64,000 nucleotides of DNA from assembly GCA_965541615.1 (NCBI GenBank), contig CBEUCJ010000001.1, positions 3,754 to 67,753 on the forward strand, written 5' to 3'. Numbering within the stretch: position 1 is the first letter of the stretch; each line of letters begins with the position of its first letter. This DNA is from an uncultured bacterium (GTDB lineage Bacteria > Omnitrophota > Gorgyraeia > Duberdicusellales > CBEUCJ01). The notes beneath the pieces were generated by a model. The model was not told the DNA's origin, ran no database searches, and saw only the letters and a list, made by a program, of their open reading frames with translations. The position numbers and the translations under genes are program-made. Shown here in pieces: positions 60,846 through 64,000 of this stretch.

Positions 60846-62204
60846 ATGAAAGAAGTAAGATTGCTCTTAGCTTTTACTCTTTCTTTATTAGTCCTTTTCA
60901 TATTTAATCTTTTCTTTTATACACCTCCTTCTAAATTTGAAGAAAAAAAAGTAAATAAAACTCTTACTATACCTACTTCCAAAGATCTATACTTTGAAAA
61001 CGAATCTTTAAAAATAACCTTTTCAAAAGAATATGGTTTTATAAAAGAAATATATTTAAAAAAATTCTCAGAAACTCTCACTTACAAGAATCTTTTTTTC
61101 TTACCAAAGTTTAAAAGTAAAGATATTATAACAACCAGTAATTCAGTAATTTTTAAAGGTGAATTTGGTGAGATAAGATACAAAATAAAAAAATATTTTT
61201 TGACTGTCTCATTTAAAAATTTAAAGGATTCCTTAAAAGAATTTCTGATCTTTGAAAAGTATCCTGACAAAGAAAAGATCAATCAAAGATTTGTAGAAGT
61301 ATTTTATTACAAAAATAATAAGCTTTATAGAAAAAGAGGAAAAACTCAGATAGACAATTTTTCATGGGGAGGTATTAGAGGAAGATACTTTTGCCTAATT
61401 TTTGAACCAGATAAACCAATAAAATGGAAACATAAAAGAAAAAATGGAAAATTCATCTCTACAATTTTGGCAAATTCTGATTCTTTAACCATAAATTGCT
61501 TTATAGGACCTCAAATTAAGGAACTACTCAAAGATGAATGGCAACAGATACTTTATTATGGATTCTTTAGTGGAATTTCCAAATTTATATTAAAAATATT
61601 GAGTTTTTTACACAGTATATTTAAAAATTGGGGGCTCAGTATTATTGTCTTAACTGTCTTAATTTATATAATCCTCTTTCCTTTTACGATTCAAACCACA
61701 AAATCTACGTTAAAGATGCAAGAAATTCAACCAGAAATAGAAAGATTGAAAAAACAATATAAAGATAATCTCCAAAAGTTAAATAAGGAACTCTTAGAAC
61801 TTTACAGAAAACATAAAATAAACCCTCTAAGTGGGTGCTTACCTCTATTTTTTCAAATCCCTGTATTTATTGGATTATATCAAGCTTTAATGCGAGCTAT
61901 AGAATTAAAAGGAGCAAAATTTTTATGGATAAAGGATTTATCTCTTCCTGACAGAACTATAACTATAGGGAATGTAAATATAAATGTACTCCCTATATTA
62001 ACAGCTCTATTATTCTTTTTTCAACAAAAATTTTACTCAACACAAACTTCATCTGAACAGAAAAAATTTTTTGAAATTTTCTTCCCTTTATTTTTCGCAG
62101 TTATCTTTTATTCTTTTCCTTCAGGTTTTCTTTTATATTGGTTGTCTAACTCTATACTGACTCTTCTGTATTATTTAAGATTAAAAACTCTCAAAAATTT
62201 ATGA
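60846..62204 (+). CDS. yidC: Membrane protein insertase YidC
   Basis: NWGLSII, KMQEIQPEI, INPLSGCLP..FQIPVFIGLY, FLWIKDLSLPD, PSGFLLYWLSN. Confidence 0.95.
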   Translation: MKEVRLLLAFTLSLLVLFIFNLFFYTPPSKFEEKKVNKTLTIPTSKDLYFENESLKITFSKEYGFIKEIYLKKFSETLTYKNLFFLPKFKSKDIITTSNSVIFKGEFGEIRYKIKKYFLTVSFKNLKDSLKEFLIFEKYPDKEKINQRFVEVFYYKNNKLYRKRGKTQIDNFSWGGIRGRYFCLIFEPDKPIKWKHKRKNGKFISTILANSDSLTINCFIGPQIKELLKDEWQQILYYGFFSGISKFILKILSFLHSIFKNWGLSIIVLTVLIYIILFPFTIQTTKSTLKMQEIQPEIERLKKQYKDNLQKLNKELLELYRKHKINPLSGCLPLFFQIPVFIGLYQALMRAIELKGAKFLWIKDLSLPDRTITIGNVNINVLPILTALLFFFQQKFYSTQTSSEQKKFFEIFFPLFFAVIFYSFPSGFLLYWLSNSILTLLYYLRLKTLKNL

Positions 62205-62217
62205 TATAATATTTTTT

Positions 62218-62237
62218 AAGTTTTCACGTGAAAACTT
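62218..62237. other. parS-like centromere site (20-bp perfect palindrome)
   Basis: AAGTTTTCACGTGAAAACTT, located between TGaTATAAT (62202-62210) and the parA ATG (62239). Confidence 0.8.
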
Positions 62238-62238
62238 T

Positions 62239-63051
62239 ATGGGAAAAGTAATAGGAATTTGTAATCAAAAAGGAGGAACAGGCAAAACTACTACTGCAGT
62301 AAATTTATCTGCTTTTTTGGGATTAGCTGGAAAAAAAGTTTTATTAATAGATATGGACCCTCAAGCAAATGCTACGAGTGGTGTAGGAGTAGAAAAAAGA
62401 AACCCTAATATTTATGAATGCTTAATAGAAAATTTGGATTTTAGAGAGGTTATAACTAAAACAGAATTTCCAAATCTTTGGATTATACCTGCAAATGAGA
62501 GTTTATCTGGTGCAAGGGTGGAATTAATAGAGGTTGAAAATAGAGAGTTCAGGTTAAAAATGATTACTCAAACCTTAAAAGAAGATTTTGATTTTTTAAT
62601 AATAGATGCTCCTCCTTCTTTAGGGATTCTAACTATAAATGTTTTGACTTGTGCAGATTCTGTACTCATTCCTCTTCAATGTGAATATTACTCATTAGAA
62701 GGAATAGGACAATTAATGAATACTATAAATTTAGTCAAAAAAAATCTAAACCCTGATTTAGAAATTGAAGGAGTAATAATGACTATGGCAGATTTCAGGA
62801 CTACTCTCACTCAAGAAGTAATTTTAGAAGTTAGAAAATTTTTTAAAGAAAAGGTATTTAAAACCATCATCCCTAGGAATGTAAAATTAGCTGAAGCTCC
62901 GAGTTTTGGAAAACCTGTTTATTTTTATGATAAAAACTCTACAGGTTCTAAAGCTTATTTTAAATTGACTAAAGAGTTATTAAATGAAGAAATAGAAGGA
63001 GTATATAATGAAGAGAAAATTGGGCAAAGGGTTGCAGGCTTTAATACCTGA
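62239..63051 (+). CDS. parA: Chromosome partitioning ATPase ParA/Soj
   Basis: NQKGGTGKTTT, IDMDPQANATSG, IDAPPSLG, PLQCEYY, IPRNVKLAEAPSFG. Confidence 0.96.
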   Translation: MGKVIGICNQKGGTGKTTTAVNLSAFLGLAGKKVLLIDMDPQANATSGVGVEKRNPNIYECLIENLDFREVITKTEFPNLWIIPANESLSGARVELIEVENREFRLKMITQTLKEDFDFLIIDAPPSLGILTINVLTCADSVLIPLQCEYYSLEGIGQLMNTINLVKKNLNPDLEIEGVIMTMADFRTTLTQEVILEVRKFFKEKVFKTIIPRNVKLAEAPSFGKPVYFYDKNSTGSKAYFKLTKELLNEEIEGVYNEEKIGQRVAGFNT

Positions 63052-63841
63052 GATAAAGACTTTTCCTAAAGAAGTTCAAAAAGTCAAAATAGAAGAGATT
63101 AAACCGTCTCCTTATCAACCAAGATTAAAAACAGATGAAAAAAGGATCTTAGAATTGATGAATTCTATACGAGAAAAAGGGATCCTGCAACCTTTAATTG
63201 TAAGAAAAAAAGAAACAGGCTTTGAGTTAGTAGCTGGGCACAGACGTTATGAAGCAGCTAAAAGATTGAATTTAAAAGAAGTCCCTGTAATTACAAAAGA
63301 ACTTACAGATAAAGAAGTATTAGAAATCTCTCTTATAGAAAATCTTCATAGAGAAAATCTTAATCCTATTGAAGAAGCTAAAGCTTTCAAAAGATTAATA
63401 GAAGAATTCAATTACACTTTAGAAGATATAGCTCATTTCTTAAGTAAAGACAAAAGCACAATCTCAAATACACTCAGACTTCTAAAACTACCTTCAATTA
63501 TCCAAAAATCTTTAGAAGAAAACAAAATCACACCAGGACACGCAAGAGCTTTATTATCCTGTGAAGACCCTAAAAAACAGATAATTATTTTTGAAAAAAT
63601 TTTAAATGAAAATCTGAGTGTAAGAGAAACAGAGAATTTAGTCCAAAAAGAAAGTCTCACAAAAACTAAAAAGTTTAAAAAAGATTTTAAAATCTTAGCA
63701 TATGAAGATGAATTGAGAAAAGATTTAGGGATAAAAGTAAAGATTACTCAAAGTAAGAAAAATATAAAAGTTATCCTTGAATTTTGTGATAAAGAAGAGT
63801 TAGAAAGATTTATAAGAAAAATAAAAAATGCCATCTTTTGA
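63008..63841 (+). CDS. parB: Chromosome partitioning protein ParB/Spo0J
   Basis: LGKGLQALI, PYQPR, GILQPLIVR, VAGHRRYEAA, LIENLHRENLNPIEEA, SNTLRLL, GHARALL. Confidence 0.96.
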   Translation: MKRKLGKGLQALIPEIKTFPKEVQKVKIEEIKPSPYQPRLKTDEKRILELMNSIREKGILQPLIVRKKETGFELVAGHRRYEAAKRLNLKEVPVITKELTDKEVLEISLIENLHRENLNPIEEAKAFKRLIEEFNYTLEDIAHFLSKDKSTISNTLRLLKLPSIIQKSLEENKITPGHARALLSCEDPKKQIIIFEKILNENLSVRETENLVQKESLTKTKKFKKDFKILAYEDELRKDLGIKVKITQSKKNIKVILEFCDKEELERFIRKIKNAIF

Positions 63842-64000
63842 AGATCTTCCAGATAATAAATCTAATCAAGCAACTTTAGTAATAATAAAACCTGATGGTT
63901 TAAAAAAATCACTGACAGGGAATATTTTGACTAGATTATCTGAGACAAGACTTAAAATAATAGGGGCTAAAGTCGTGAGAGTAACAAGAGAATTAGCAGA
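63828..64000 (+). CDS. ndk: Nucleoside diphosphate kinase (partial, runs off window)
   Basis: Manual translation MPSFEDLPDNKSNQATLVIIKPDGLKKSLTGNILTRLSETRLKIIGAKVVRVTRELA. Confidence 0.85.
   Translation, partial: MPSFEDLPDNKSNQATLVIIKPDGLKKSLTGNILTRLSETRLKIIGAKVVRVTRELA

Noticed and set aside
12297-63660. Numerous short ORFs antisense to or nested in long genes (e.g. 12297, 15287, 16699, 45536, 58245, 63433)
   Set aside because: They overlap well-supported genes, have shadow-type composition and show no motifs.
1-64000. CRISPR arrays, rRNA and tRNA genes
   Set aside because: No spaced repeats or GC-rich structured intergenic segments; intergenic gaps are short and AT-rich.

Overview
This is a very AT-rich bacterial chromosome segment read with genetic code 11. 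A thermophilic PVC-group or Omnitrophota-like host is inferred from protein style only. Bases 1-36 kb are mostly housekeeping genes (accA, comM/yifB, UvrD helicase, folE, mnmE, folC, purH, EF-G2, pcm, nfeD-stomatin). The window opens with an ORF missing from the ORF track: an EF-G fused behind an N-terminal transmembrane helix, a long coiled coil and an acidic linker (2452 to the edge, minus strand). Bases 36.0-60.4 kb form a ~24 kb island built around a His-Xaa-Ser (Hxs) radical-SAM peptide system. It holds 10 intact radical SAM genes, a decayed HxsC-like gene, paired DegT aminotransferases, paired glycosyltransferases, PaaK-like, AsnB-like and kinase-like enzymes, a deacetylase, and an A24 prepilin peptidase. 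The His-rich precursor carries a type IV/Flp prepilin-like cleavage site (DEKG|FVSKE), which suggests a heavily modified pilin-like peptide. Bases 60.4-64 kb contain rpmH-yidD-yidC-parA-parB-ndk, with two parS-like palindromes and no rnpA or dnaA. No rRNA, tRNA, CRISPR array or transposase was recognised.
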